NCBI RefSeq assembly: GCF_001194135.2
Contig: NC_068981.1
Location: 31,269,812 to 31,333,811 of the forward strand
Direction: 5' to 3'
From: Octopus bimaculoides
Lineage: Eukaryota
Length of the DNA: 64,000 nucleotides
Shown here: positions 38,290 to 52,839 of the stretch, piece after piece
How the letters are laid out: every line of letters begins with the position of its first letter
Numbering within the stretch: the stretch's first letter is position 1
Notes under the pieces: model-generated
The model's database searches: none
Seen by the model: only the letters and a program-made list of their open reading frames with translations
Told to the model about the DNA's origin: nothing
Position numbers and translations under genes: made by a program

Positions 38290-39260
38290 GACTGAGAAAT
38301 GCCAACACAGGACATCCAAAAAAACCAGCGAGATTAATGTGGTTTATGTTCGTCTTAAATATGCTGCAAATTGTATTTGCAAGGAGGAAATTGCAGATGA
38401 AGAGCGTTCTGGTACGGAAGGAATGTGCTTAGATTAGGGAGTGTAATGGATATAGCGTGAGTGACAATAGACGAGTGACTCGGAAGCTTGAATAAAAGTA
38501 AGTCTGGATCAGTCAAGAATAATGAAATTTATCTCACATGCATTTAGCGTGAAGAATCCAGAGATGTGTAATATGTGTGTCGATGCAGAAACATGAAAAT
38601 ATCAACTGTATCAATTTAAAAGAATTTGGTATTTATTGAGAAACCTAAAAGAATTTGAAACAAAGGAGGGGGGGAACAGAGAGAAAGTGTGAGAGAAAGA
38701 GAGAGAAATGTGTGATAAAAAGAAAGTAAAGAAGCAAAAAGAAAGAGAGGAGGAAGGTGATTTAGAGGAGAGAAGGAGAGGGGGAAAAGAGAAAATTATA
38801 GTAAAAGATTGAAATATATTTGTTTCTGTTACATAATTCGTTGTATCGTTTAATGTTGCTGTTCGTCTGACACAAGACAAACATCAGCTTAAATAGTCAC
38901 CGAATGCTATAACAAACGGATGGAAATAATCAAATCAAATCAAAAACGAAAAACAGCATTGGTTTTGAAAAGATGCCAAGACTGTCTACATAAATCTGGC
39001 ATCGACCTTCGACAATCAAGTTACGTAGTAAATTACATTGCCATTCCCTCTCAGTTTGTCTCATTCATGCTCACTCGTTCCCATTCCTTCTATCTCTCTA
39101 TTTCACTATCATTCCCCCTCACTGACTCTCTCTCTCTCTCGCTCACTCTATATTATGATTGACCCCCCCCCCTCTTCAATTGACTTGTGTCGTGTACAAC
39201 GTAAATGTTCTGATCTCGATTAGGTTCAGACGCGCCATTAACCACAATGTCGATCTGCCG

Positions 39261-39291
<31 letters not shown>

Positions 39292-40036
39292 CTTTTCTTG
39301 TTTCCCTACTCGTTTACAAACCCATTGTTTGAACCTGTTATGTGATAAGATTTTGTGCTACATATGATATCATACGGTATCTCTCTCTCAAACACACATT
39401 CACCTTCTCTCACACACATACACACACACCCTCTCTCTCATACACACACTCTCTCTCTCATACACACACTCATACTTTAGTCGTCTGTCTTTTAGTTACA
39501 CAAGCAAAAATTGCTCTATTGTCGAATTTGCATTATATTTGCTATGAAGAAGACATATTCATGATGTAGCAACATTATACGAACGTCAATTCAATGAACT
39601 CTATATAAACAGATTGACCCTGTATCTTACAATAAATAATTAAGCTTTCAGATATCAGCACTGTTAAAACGTTAGAAATCTGTTGAAAAAAGGTCTAGTT
39701 GTTTGAATTTTGAATTAGAACATGCTTCGACCTTAATGCATATTCAAGCCAGAGCACAGAGAGACGAAATTTCTACTACTTGATTGTTCATCTGCCATAC
39801 ATTTTTCATGCTATACAGAGAATAGTGTAGTGTAGTACAAACAATTTCTCCGCTGACCCCTGCTTGTTAAAACCCGCTTAACATTTTTTTAAAGAAAGTG
39901 CTCTTGTGTTAAGTTCTAATGTACTTCGAAATTGATAAAAATCGCATCTCATTTCTCTCTATTCTGAATGTGAATACCATGTGATTATTCAAAATATACT
40001 AACAGCAGGTTAGTTTTTGATATTGAGTGGTTAAAA

Positions 40037-40075
<39 letters not shown>

Positions 40076-40206
40076 TATGCAGGGCAGGGAATCATCAATT
40101 AGTAATAAAATTAATAATTAACAATTTCTGCCGGGTAGCTCAGTATGAAAAAACCTTTTTCGGTAAATAATAATTTATAATCATTGTCAATCCCTATATA
40201 TTTATG

Positions 40207-40252
<46 letters not shown>

Positions 40253-40256
<4 letters not shown>

Positions 40257-41075
40257 GTCATCCCATAAGTTCTGTCTGATTTTTTAAAATTGAATGAAAT
40301 TTAATAGTATTTTAGAATGTCTAATGGAATTAAAAATTATTTTTATGCATTTGTGTACACTTAAACCAATTAAATATTATTTTACAGAAACGTTTTCTAA
40401 CATGGAAGTACCCAAAGAGCATTTAAGGCACATAATGCTTTATGAGTACAAAAAAGGAAACTGCAACCGAAGCGACTCGAAATATACACTCAGTTTATGG
40501 AAAAGAATGCCAGAAGATAGTTTGCAAAATTCAGAAGTGGAGATTACAGCCTTGAAGATGAAGATTGAACAGGACGTCCAGTTGAGTTTGATGATCAGCT
40601 CCTTGAGGCATTACTTTAAGAAGATCCTGCATTATATGTTGAAGAATTGGCAATAAAGCTTAGTTCAAATCATACAACTGTTCATCATCTTCAAGAACTG
40701 GGTAAGGTTCCTAAACTTGGAAAATGGGTGCCTCATGAATTGTCCGAAAGCAACTGCAAATCCTGAGTTGACATCTGCTCTTCTCTCCATTCTCGCGAAC
40801 TCATTTCACCCTTTGTGGATAGACTTGTGACTGGTATCGAAAAATGGATCTTCTATCGAAATGTTAAACGCCGTAAACAGTGGCTTGGTATAAGGGAAAA
40901 AAGCTCAACCACAAACGAGAAGAGAACTTCAGGAAAAAAAGATTCTTCTCTCTATCTGGTGGGATTGCAAAGGGGGAATTCACTTTGAATTGGTACAATC
41001 TAATGCAACAATCAATGCTCAAGTCTACTGTCAACAATTAGAGCGTGTGAACCAAGCATTGAAGAAAAAAAGAGA
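40253..41075 (+). mobile_element. 3'-truncated mariner transposon relic
   Basis: Left end TA|TCAGGTCATCCCATAAGTTCTGTC; ATG at 40402 gives MEVPKEHLRHIMLYEYKKGN; GKWVPHEL at about 40718-40742; VTGIEKW (catalytic D of TGDEKW lost); KKILLSIWWDCKG; YCQQLERVNQALKKK, then homology ends. No right TIR seen. Confidence 0.88.
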
Positions 41076-41249
41076 TTAGAGAACGATCGCACCATGAAAT
41101 AGGCGATGATAAACGGGAATATAGGAAAACAAGTTAAACCCATCGTTTATTGTGTTGTTCAATTAATAGAAAAAATTATACCAGAGAAAAAAATTCTATT
41201 AGAAATAATTGTGTAAGGGACAACACCAAGAGAAAATGAAAATACATCA

Positions 41250-41559
41250 GGCGCAGGGGCGGCTGTGTGGTAAGTAGTTTGCTTCCCAGCTACACGATCC
41301 CGGTTTCCGTCCCACAGTATGTCATTTTGGGCAAATGTTTTCTATTGCCTAGATTCCATCAAAGCTTTGTTAGTTGTCAGTGGATTTGGCAAATGAAACT
41401 GAAAGAAGTCCATCGTGTGTATGTATGTATGCTTGTGTGTGACTTTGTATCTAAGCACCAGGCTTTAAAAAAGACACTGGGGTTGATTCGTTTGAGTAAA
41501 ACTCTTCAAGGTGGTGCTCAATCATGGCCGCAATCTAGCGACTGAGATAAGTAAAAGAT
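41250..41559 (+). mobile_element. SINE family A copy, diverged, shortened middle
   Basis: GGCGCAGGGGCGGCTGTGTGGTAAGTAG head; ...GTGGTGCTCAATCATGGCCGCAATC...GTAAAAGA tail. Confidence 0.75.
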
Positions 41560-42203
41560 CATGTAAAGATTATTAATAGTTACGTATATTTTGTTTCCTA
41601 TTACCATAACAATGTCCTTTTTTTCTATAGATATTTATTTGTTCCTTTACGGGCGTATGTTTGAATCAATGTCTCTAATCGCTTATTTTTTACTTGTTCC
41701 AGTCATTGCATTGCACTGCCTTTAAGGGTTTAACTGAAATAATCGACTCCATACATATGCATACATGCATGTATAAGACGTTGCTTACAGGAAAAGACGT
41801 CAAACAGAAACTGATGTAGCAGAAATCGATACAGGCCCCCACCTACACACACACACACTAATGTTTGCTTTTATCTCGTGTAATGTTAAAAACAGTTTTA
41901 CATTAAACTGAAGGATGACTCAATATTTTAAGTAGAGTACATAGTGGTTATACTTTTACTAGTGGTGCTAGTGTCTTCGAAATTTCAGTCCGTTAGCCTT
42001 CATCGGACTGTCTGTCATCACTCCAGTAAAATTTTGTGTGTGTGTGTATCTGTGTGTTTCCTGTGAAACAGGCGCTTTGCCCATTCTGAGCCGGTGATTA
42101 TTATATAACGGTCTAGAAATGGATTGAAGCCTCAGCTTAGAATAATACTCGGTGAATGTAGTGAGCAATTTTCCTTCCACGTTCGTATATTCGAATTCAT
42201 AAG

Positions 42204-42238
<35 letters not shown>

Positions 42239-42486
42239 ATAAGTGTGTGCATGTTTGTTGTGACTAAACATACAGAAATCTCACAATACGCTCACACATA
42301 GGCACACACACACGTACACACATACACACACACACATACATATATATATTAGCATTGGAACATCTAATTCGACATTAATTATTACAGAAGGGAGTTGGGG
42401 CGGAAAAAAAATTGCTGGAAACAAAATATGATAAAGTAAAAAAAGAAATGTGAGGGTAGGTGAAAAGAGGAAATAGAAAAGAATAT

Positions 42487-42521
<35 letters not shown>

Positions 42522-42936
42522 AGAGAAAATTGAGAGAAAAGCAAACGGAATGAGAAAAGTAAGATCGATGAACGAGCATGATTTTCCTCTCATCTGAGGC
42601 GAGAAGAGTTGAGAACAGCCATGTGAGGCGCTTATATATACATATACATGCATCGTTTTGATTGAATAAGCCGGCAGGTTATATATCGTCTATTTTATTG
42701 CTTTAACGGTTAGAGGCAATAATCTCTCATTCCTCACTCTCTCTTCTTATTTTTCTCTCCCTCTCTCTTCTCTCTTACTCCCACTCTCTTTCTCCGTGTT
42801 TATCAGGATATCTTTTTATTCTTCATCTCTGAGCTTCTAATTATCATTGTTCCTTTTATTCGTAGCACAGAAAGAGCTAGCTATGTATCTATGTATGTAT
42901 GTATGTATGTGTATGTATGTGCGCAAGCAGCAATCC

Positions 42937-42997
<61 letters not shown>

Positions 42998-43265
42998 ACT
43001 GTCTGTCTGTTTATGCAAGTATGACTGAATGCATGTAATGTATGGCAAGTATGCGTGTGTTGTGCGTGTGTATGTTATGCATGTAAGCATTAACGTCGAT
43101 AACTGTGCATATATGTGTTGCATGACATACATGTATGCATTTTTGTAGCTACGTATGTATATATATACATATATATTTGCACAAATGAATCTGTCTACTT
43201 AAGTGCTTGCGTGCGTGCGTGTGTATACGCATATAGACATACACACACATATATATATATATGTA

Positions 43266-43364
<99 letters not shown>

Positions 43365-44236
43365 CAGATCTATTTAAACTTTCGTGTGTATACATGTATC
43401 TTTGTATGAATGACTGCGTATATATGTATGCATATCTCTGTGCATGCATGTATATTCGTGTGCATATGTATGCGCGTATATACATGAATGTGTATCAGAT
43501 GGAAGAGTGCATACTGCAAAAAGACCTTGAGACCCCGCCGGGCACATCCTACGGTTCATTACAGACCGCCCCCGTTTTGGTGTAAAATATTCTTTGTGTG
43601 CAGGCATTTCGATTCAATTATACCGATTCCTGAGCCCCTTTTTTGCTTGTGGCAAATGATCAAAGGGTGAGTTCCTTTCGTCATGGCAACCAGAAGAATA
43701 TATCTCCGATCAAGTTCAAAGCCATGTATATTTCTACAATTCTTCAAATGTCATTTATTGCTAGGCAAGATTGTACCACCCATCATCTCTTGTTCTCAGC
43801 CTCCCAGCACAATTATTTGCCTCACCTCTTCTTCTCATACTCTTTTTGTTTCTTTGGTTCCTTCTTTCTCCTCTCCTCGCCTTCTTTCTTACACTCCCGT
43901 GCTCTTTTTCTCTTCCCTCAGAGACTACAAGAAACAAATCTATGATATTTAAACCGACTCTGTAGTCAGTCTCTCCTCTGCTGTACGGGTCAACGCGCAT
44001 GTGGATAGAGGCAGCCTACTTCAACCACTGGGATAAACATACCGCCATTTACACCCAGGGGCTAAAGTAAGGAGAGAGAACTGTGCTAGGGCAGATGGGA
44101 CAAAACTTGGCACCTCTATCCTTAGCTGATTCTTGCACACAAATGTTAATACTACCTCGGGGGGGAATCATCTGGTTACAAATAACACATTAGACAAAGA
44201 AGTGTAGTTTCTTTGAAGCGGAATGAATAGGGAATG

Positions 44237-44287
<51 letters not shown>

Positions 44288-44498
44288 AGAGAAAGAGAGA
44301 TAGAGAGAGAGAAAGATGTGGAGGGATAGAGGAGGGAGAAAGAAAAAGAAAACGCGAGAATCAGAGAAGGAAAGAAAGAAAAATAAAACAACAGAAAAAG
44401 TACTTGCAATTAGACGTTTATTTTTGTTACGTACATACGTACACACATACACATACATTTATAAACACATACACAGACAAACATACAACTACATGAGA

Positions 44499-44541
<43 letters not shown>

Positions 44542-44953
44542 TATATTCTCTTTTCAATATTTTTTATTCTGTTTATTTTATATTATTATTGTCGTTGTTG
44601 TTGCAGTTGTTTTTTTTGTTTTTTTCTATATATTATTTTAATATTTATCTTCACTTTTATTCAATTTTATTGTTATTATTGTTATTTATATTTATATTTT
44701 TTTCATGCCGTTGGGCATCGGTTTCCCTGTGTGTGACTGCAGAACATACAGCTGTGTCTGTAAGACAGGAGGGCTTAGACATTCAGTGACGTTGGTAGTG
44801 GTAGCTGTGGAAATAAATAAGAGAGAGAGGTGGGAGAGAAAAACAGAGAGAGAGGGAGAGAGGGGAGGAAGAGAAATAGAAAACGTCCAAATGATAGAGC
44901 GCGAGAGAAAAATAGATATGTGTGTGTATGTGTGTGCGTGTGTGTGTATACAC

Positions 44954-44990
<37 letters not shown>

Positions 44991-45116
44991 NNNNNNNNNN
45001 NNNNNNNNNNNNNNNNNNNNNNNNNNNNNNNNNNNNNNNNNNNNNNNNNNNNNNNNNNNNNNNNNNNNNNNNNNNNNNNNNNNNNNNNNNNNNNNNNNNN
45101 NNNNNNNNNNNNNNNN

Positions 45117-45147
<31 letters not shown>

Positions 45148-45536
45148 ACTCTCTCTCTCTCTTTCTACCCCCTCTCTCTCACTCTCTCTCTCTTTCTATC
45201 TCTCTCCCCATCTCTCTCTCCCCACTGTTTTACCCACGGAACTAGTTACAGTAAGTCTGAAGAAGTGTTGTGGGGGAAGCTATTCTTAGTTTGCTGTTCT
45301 TCAGAAATGAAGAAGTATTGAGGGCTACGTTACGAATAACTCGTCCATTAACTTGTTAATTTAATGATCATCGTGTTAGATCAGATAATCGAACGACTAG
45401 TCACTCACCATTCGAAACCGACCAAGAAATAGTCATATACATCTGTATGTGCCTGTTTGTCCATGCATACACGTATATTCATATGCATACACAAATACAT
45501 ATGTAGGTATATATATATATATANNNNNNNNNNATG

Positions 45537-45572
<36 letters not shown>

Positions 45573-45867
45573 ATATATATGATTGAAAGATAGGGATGTA
45601 GAAAGATTGTAAGGGGGGAAAATCATTCAGCAGTCCTTGTATTTACATGCGTGTGTATGTGCTTGTGCGTTGTGTACACAGATATGTATGTGTAAAATAT
45701 ATACATGTTTGTGTGTGTGTATGTGCGTCAAGGTGTGCGCAGCGTTCATTTTCGTAGAGTGGTTCACAAGGTGAGTATATTCAGATTCACAGAGCTTAGT
45801 CCAAATCCTGCCGATGTCGAATTTGCCTTTCAACCTGATAAAGTACCTGTTAAGAACTGATACCCTG

Positions 45868-45915
<48 letters not shown>

Positions 45916-46533
45916 NNNNNNNNNNNNNNNNNNNNNNNNNNNNNNNNNNNNNNNNNNNNNNNNNNNNNNNNNNNNNNNNNNNNNNNNNNNNNNNNNNNNN
46001 NNNNNNNNNNNNNNNNNNNNNNNNNNNNNNNNNNNNNNNNNNNNNNNNNNNNNNNNNNNNNNNNNNNNNNNNNNNNNNNNNNNNNNNNNNNNNNNNNNNN
46101 NNNNNNNNNNNNNNNNNNNNNNNNNNNNNNNNNNNNNNNNNNNNNNNNNNNNNNNNNNNNNNNNNNNNNNNNNNNNNNNNNNNNNNNNNNNNNNNNNNNN
46201 NNNNNNNNNNNNNNNNNNNNNNNNNNNNNNNNNNNNNNNNNNNNNNNNNNNNNNNNNNNNNNNNNNNNNNNNNNNNNNNNNNNNNNNNNNNNNNNNNNNN
46301 NNNNNNNNNNNNNNNNNNNNNNNNNNNNNNNNNNNNNNNNNNNNNNNNNNNNNNNNNNNNNNNNNNNNNNNNNNNNNNNNNNNNNNNNNNNNNNNNNNNG
46401 TGTGTGTGCATGAAAATACACACACACACACATAAAATACATACATCCCTATATCATGCGCGATATGTACAAAAAACTTTCAAAATTTCAATACTTCTCC
46501 TTTTCGCACCCCCTCTCACATGCATAAAGACAT

Positions 46534-46573
<40 letters not shown>

Positions 46574-47239
46574 CCTCTCCCCCTCTCTCTTTCTCTCCTT
46601 TGTGTCCGCTGTTTCACTACACATACATCACACCATCGCTCTGCTTTTCTGTTTCTCTCTCTCTCTCTCTCTCTGTCTATCTTTCAATATCTCGTTCTCT
46701 ATTTCTTTCTCCTCTAAATATCACACTCCACCCACTTTTCTCACCTCTCATCAATGCAATCATTCAATGTTGCAGTTACTTCCACCCCATTTTATCTTTT
46801 AAAACGTGTCCTTTGCTCCCCTCCCATTAAACCTCTTTCTATTACATGCCTGCAATTATCACACGCCTTCTTCTCACACTAAAGCAAACAATTTTCTCTT
46901 CCTACATTGTTTTTGCTGCATATTTATATTTTTTTTTGTCCGCCACCTTCTCTAATTCCACATCACACACCCACACGCTTTCACATGTGTATGCATATAG
47001 GTGTGTGTATATTTGTGAGCCTGTGTGTATGTGTATGAATGTATGCATGTGTCTGTGAGCGTATGTAATGTGAAGTACTGTTTCGTTATTAGTAGGATCA
47101 ACAGAAAAAAAAAATACTTCATGCAGCGTGATATAAATATCAGTTAATAAACAGATTCTAAATGGGAACTAGAATGAGTTTCATGCCCCGATAATGCAAT
47201 AAATTGCAGGAGCTTGAATAGCGCGCCCTGTACTCTCGT

Positions 47240-47665
47240 TTTCTACTCTGGCACAAGGCTCGAAAATTGAGGGGAGGAAGCCAGTCGATAAGATCGACCC
47301 CAGTGCGCTACTGGTACTTAATTTATCGACCCCGAAAGGATGAAAGGCAAATTCGACCTCGGTGGAATATGAACTCAGAACGTAAAGACAGATGAAATAC
47401 CACGAATCATATCACCCGGCGTGCTAACGTTTCTTATTTCTTTATTGACGACAAGGGGCTAAGCATAGAGGGGACAAACACGGACAGACAAAGGGATTAA
47501 GTTGATTACATCGACCCCAGTGCGTAAACTGGTACTTAATTTATCGACCTCGAAAGGATGAAAGGCAAAGTCGACCTCGGCGGAATTTGAACTCAGAACG
47601 TAACGGCAGATGAAATACCGCTAAGCATTTCATCCGGCGTGCTAACGTCTCTGCCAGCTCGCCGC
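47240..47665 (-). mobile_element. Head-to-tail dimer of SINE family B
   Basis: Two consecutive units (about 47432-47665 long tail, 47240-47431 short tail), each with GAAAGGATGAAAGGCAAA.TCGACCTCGG.GGAAT.TGAACTCAGAACG. Confidence 0.85.
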
Positions 47666-48164
47666 TTTGTACCCTATACTATCCTGCAATCTTTAACATG
47701 TTTGTGTGTGTGTGTGGGGCACAGACCCGTGCACGTATTAACTGTCTTGTTTCAGTCTCTGGACTGTGGTCAAGCAACAGTAATCCCTCGAATGATTGTA
47801 GTCCATCATATTGGAGCCTATACTCATTGTTTTTATTTTTCTTCGGTCTGGTACTCATTTTAGTGACCACTAGATCACTGGGCAAGAACACAAATATAGA
47901 CAAACACACAAAAGTCACACATATATGTATATGTGTGTATGTGAATGTACATGTGTGTATGTTTGTGTGTGTAGATGAGAGATCTGTAAACATATCTATC
48001 TATCGCTTAATTTTGATGGAGAATTAACATGATACATTGTGACGAGGATCGATTTTAGTATTAGGGAAACTTTCCATCCAACTCATCTCTACGGTTTCCG
48101 TTTACCCAAATTCACTTTGAGTGCTTGGGTCGACTCGTGGTTATAACGGTTTCAAATTTTAGCA

Positions 48165-48485
48165 CAGGACCTGCAGTTTTTGATGGAAGGGAAAAGTCGA
48201 TTACATCGACTCCAATACTTTACTGGTACTTATTTTATTGACTCCGAAAGGATGAAAAGCAAAGTCGACCTCGTCTGAATTTGAGTTCAGAAAGGTTCTG
48301 TCAGCTTGTCACCGTATTCGTGGTTATAATTCTTTCTTTAGGGGAAGGTTGTAGTTGAATAAATTGACCTTAATGTTCAACTGGTACATATTTAATCGAT
48401 CTTGAACGAATGAGGGCAAAATCGACCTCGGCAAAATTTGAACTCAGAATTTGTCCAACTTGCTAACGGTTCTATTAGCTCGACG
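48165..48485 (-). mobile_element. Two older tandem SINE family B units
   Basis: GAAAGGATGAAAAGCAAAGTCGACCTCG at about 48245-48275 and GAATGAGGGCAAAATCGACCTCGGCAAAATTTGAACTCAG at about 48408-48448. Confidence 0.7.
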
Positions 48486-49900
48486 TCTTACATGTTATAA
48501 TAAAACCACGATGCTATGAAGTGGATGCGAAAATAATATTTCAATTTCTTGGTCATGTGATTAATAGAAACAATTTTTGGTCCTTAATTGTCCAGTAACA
48601 TCCTATTGATTTCAGAGAAGTAGAATTTCAAATTTGGCAACGATCATGTCCTTCTCATACGTTGAGCAGATTAAACATCTACCATCGGATCACCTACCGC
48701 TCATTCACCCATTATTGTACGCAAATACGAACACACACACACACACACACACAAACACTCACATGCACACAAACAGTGACACATACTCACTCAATCACCC
48801 ATAGAAAAACTCACACTCAATCACCCATACAAACTCACGCAATAATACACAAATAGATAGACTCACTCACTCACTCACTCACTCACTCACTGCCAATGTA
48901 AAATGAACCTCTCAGCTTCAAATTATAGCAACAACACCCAATTATAGGTGGAAATATCATGAGAAATATCTCGGATGTGGATAGCAAAAGTATAGAACAT
49001 CGGAAAAAATACGTTACAACATCTAGTTACGTTAATTTCGATTTCGAGTATGAATCCTACCAAATTTGTTTTGCCACTTGTTCCGATAATTCAAAAATGT
49101 AAGTCAAGGACTAAGGTCTAAGTACTCGGCTCTAATCAGCCCTGTTAAGTGTAAACTTATAACTAATTTACAAGTTACTATATTATAAAGTTTAACCTTA
49201 ATATAAACAAGAAACTATACAATAATCTGTATTGATTACAAACAGAATCAGTGCAACTGTGAGGATAGTTGTCGGTATAATTATAGTTAGATATAGTTAC
49301 CCGCTCATTTATTTTCAAATATTTAAACCAAAAGGTTATTATTTAGTTGAGCTCGGTCTAATTAGCACTATTATCTACTATATCAAAGAAAAGTTAGTTC
49401 GTGTACGCTTAAGTGTGCATGTGTGTATGTGCAAAAATGTGTGTGCGTGTGTGTGTGTGTATAAGAGTATGTGTACCTGTGGGAGTGTGTTGATATATGT
49501 CTGAGTGTATATATATTATATTTCTGTCTATGTGTGTGTGTACGTGCACATATACGAATGCGTATGTGTAATATGTGTGTGATTTGACTCGCATATGCAC
49601 AAACAGATGAATGTGTTTAATTTAAATGTTAATCACATCCTTTATCTCTTCATTTAACCTTGTCAATAACCTTTCCTGTTTCTTGAGTTTCTGCAGCGGG
49701 GTCGTAGCTATTGTATACGTGCGTGTATATCTATGCGCCTATATACGTTTGTAAGTAATGTAAATATGGATGAAAGTACATCCCAATATGTATATATTTA
49801 GGTATGTATGTGTAAATGAATGGATGGATGGATGAATAGCTGTATAAACGTTTGTAGGTCATGCTTCATTTTTTTCTATATTCACTGTATCATATATATA

Positions 49901-49960
<60 letters not shown>

Positions 49961-52789
49961 ATCAAAACAAAACGGAGCCAAGTGGAGCAACTGAGTGTAA
50001 CCAGTAGTATGGATTTCTATAATAAGAACAAAGAAAGGCGACATGATTAAATAACTCAAATCATTATCGTCAATTCAACTGGAGAGAAAGTTAAACAAGC
50101 AACAAACAGCGAACAGAAGTGATGGAAAAAATTTTCATCTCTGTCAATCAACAACTGCTAGGAATTAAAATGGTAATTAGGAGAAGACAGTCTGTTTTTC
50201 TATGGAGAAAAGAGTACAGCTTTGAATATATTCACCCAATATTTACATGGTTATAATACTCTGTAATGAGCTTCGAGATTCACTGTTCCAAAACAGAATC
50301 TTTTTACGTTCTCTCGAAAGTTTATAAAATAAACGACGCTAGCAATATGTGTATGTGTGAAAGTATGTGTATGTGTATGAGTTTGTGTGTGTGTGTGTGA
50401 CTGTGTGTGTATTTACTGGCATACGTAATACATAGAATCTGTTATCCTTTCGAGTGTGCTTTGCAAGCATACGATATTAACATTGGCAATTACTTGTAGA
50501 CCACAAAATGATATAAGGTAAAATAAAATATGATTTGCTTAGGCCTTATACCCAAGAAGTGTGAGAAAATAAAAATATATCTGTGAAATTGTATTTTTCC
50601 AACTACATTTGGTAACAACCCCAAAGGTTGAATTATACATATATGCATAAAAATGTTTGTGGATTTGTAAATCCAACACTACATTTGCAACTATATTTGG
50701 TATCAGAACCCTAAAGCTTGAAAATGATAATAACAAGATTCCTCTGAGGCACAGGGTCAAATGTTGTAGCGTAATAATTATATTTGAATTATATTAACTC
50801 CAGTATTTGGTAGATACTCTATTTTATCGAATCTCAGTTGGTGTAACAGAATACAAAGGGGATATGGATGAGATTTGAACTCGGAAAGAAATTAATACAA
50901 CAAAACATTCTATTAGAGAAGAGTATGTATGAAAGAAAAGGATAATAAGAATTAGTTAAGGAATGAGATAGAAATGGAAGAGTTGGAGGATGTGAGGGAT
51001 AATCAGAGATTTTGTGGTTGGAGTGAATATAGAGGAAAGGAGAGTTACAGGAGATATGAGAGAGAGGTCATGAGAATAGAAGAGTATCGGTTTATACACA
51101 CACACATACACACACACACACATACCAGGATGATCGAGGAACCAAAAGGGAGAGCATGAAAGTTTAATTCAATGGTGACTATGTGTTTGATTAATGGATT
51201 GCAAAATATGTGGTGAGGTTGAATGGGAAATATGTTGATATATTAACGAAGGAAGGAAATAGATAAACGTAAATTGCGATGTGCTGCGAAGGGAAGAGAA
51301 GAAAAAGTAGTATAGAGAAGTAGAACATTTGCGAAGTGAGAGAGGAAGGAAATATTAATGAAAAGAAACTGAACGAAATAACGACAGAGAAAATGAAAGA
51401 AAAAAGGAATTGCAGTGTTGAGGAAATTTTGAAGAAAATTGAAGTTAGAGAACTGTTGATGTTGATGTTATTGTTATTCTTTAGCTCCAGGTGAGTTCTG
51501 ATGATGCAGAACACTGATCGAAGCCTTTCTGACCCTATGCTCATGCGCCTTTTATTCTCTGCAGCGTATCGAGGACTATAGCAATAATTTATTCCTTCAT
51601 TATTTCTTAAGGCAGTAGCGTCCAGTATTTCGGGTGACCAGATCACGTAGAGAACCTCTTCTCAATGATTCATGAAAATCTGGCAAATAATATAATAGTA
51701 TAAAATAGATGTACCAGGACCAACCTACGACTAACTAATTAGAACTTACCTAGAGAAAAATTTTAAGCTGGCACTTCTCATTAAACGGAACAAATTTACC
51801 TCTTCATTTCCGCTAACAGCGGCAGCTTAGAGCAACGAACTATACTTAGCATGCTGTCCCTAATTCGCAGTCAGTGATTTTTCGAGACTGTCGTTGACTT
51901 TCAATACGTTGCACAGCATCGTAGTCCTAAGCCGGAGTGAGTACATGATCCACTGGCGGAGTACTGATAAATTGAGTCAACCTCAGGTCATGGAGTAGTG
52001 TGAGTGCGGCTGATAGGAACGATTATATAAAGAGAACCTTGTTGAATTAAGTATCAAAGGATACCGTGTCATAACCTGCATTGATAACGATCATTAGATC
52101 TAAGCATGGCACTGAAGTTAATTTTGCTTTGCAACTACGTAGATTCGATTTCCATCAAATTGTATCATAATTTAAGTATAAGTCTTCAGTCATATTTTCG
52201 GATAGGTAAGATTTTGTAAAGGAAATTTGGTGGGCAGAAACTGTGCGGAAATCCTCTACAACGATCGCTTCTGTTCGAGAGTGGAAAATTAGTTTAAAAA
52301 AAACAACCTTTAGAGTGATACAATTTATTAGAATATTCAAGTCGGGTTTTCAATATAAAAGTAACTAAGTTTCTATTCATTCATCAATCTCGGAGGTCGT
52401 TAAAATGGTTAGGGTTTCTGTCCTAATGTCTTTGAATAAATCTTTAAAAAGCAAAATCAGTTTAGAAATCTAAGACAGGTAACACATTTTCATTTATTGT
52501 GAGACCTGTTGAGGCTAATATTTCCAGGGCTGCCTTTCATATAATATCATGGAAAGGAGCGAAAAAAGAAAAAAACAAGTAATGCGATAGAAATTAATGT
52601 AATAAGGAGTATACAAAAATTTATTGGGAAATATAGATTGATAGATACGTTGGAACATGAAAAGAAATGATAGCCTAAATGATGAATGAGAGTGAAAGAA
52701 GAATGGCGAATTAGGAGGAATCAGACAGAGGAAGATAGAAACCGAGGAGAGTATGCACACACGCGCGCGCACACACACATACACATAGG

Positions 52790-52839
<50 letters not shown>

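Noticed and set aside
41968-42252. NVEGKLLTTFTEYYSKL resembling a BTB start, as the missing KCTD exon
   Set aside because: It lacks the conserved HIDVGG/YTSSL residues, has no phase-2 donor at the right place and is flanked by microsatellite translation.
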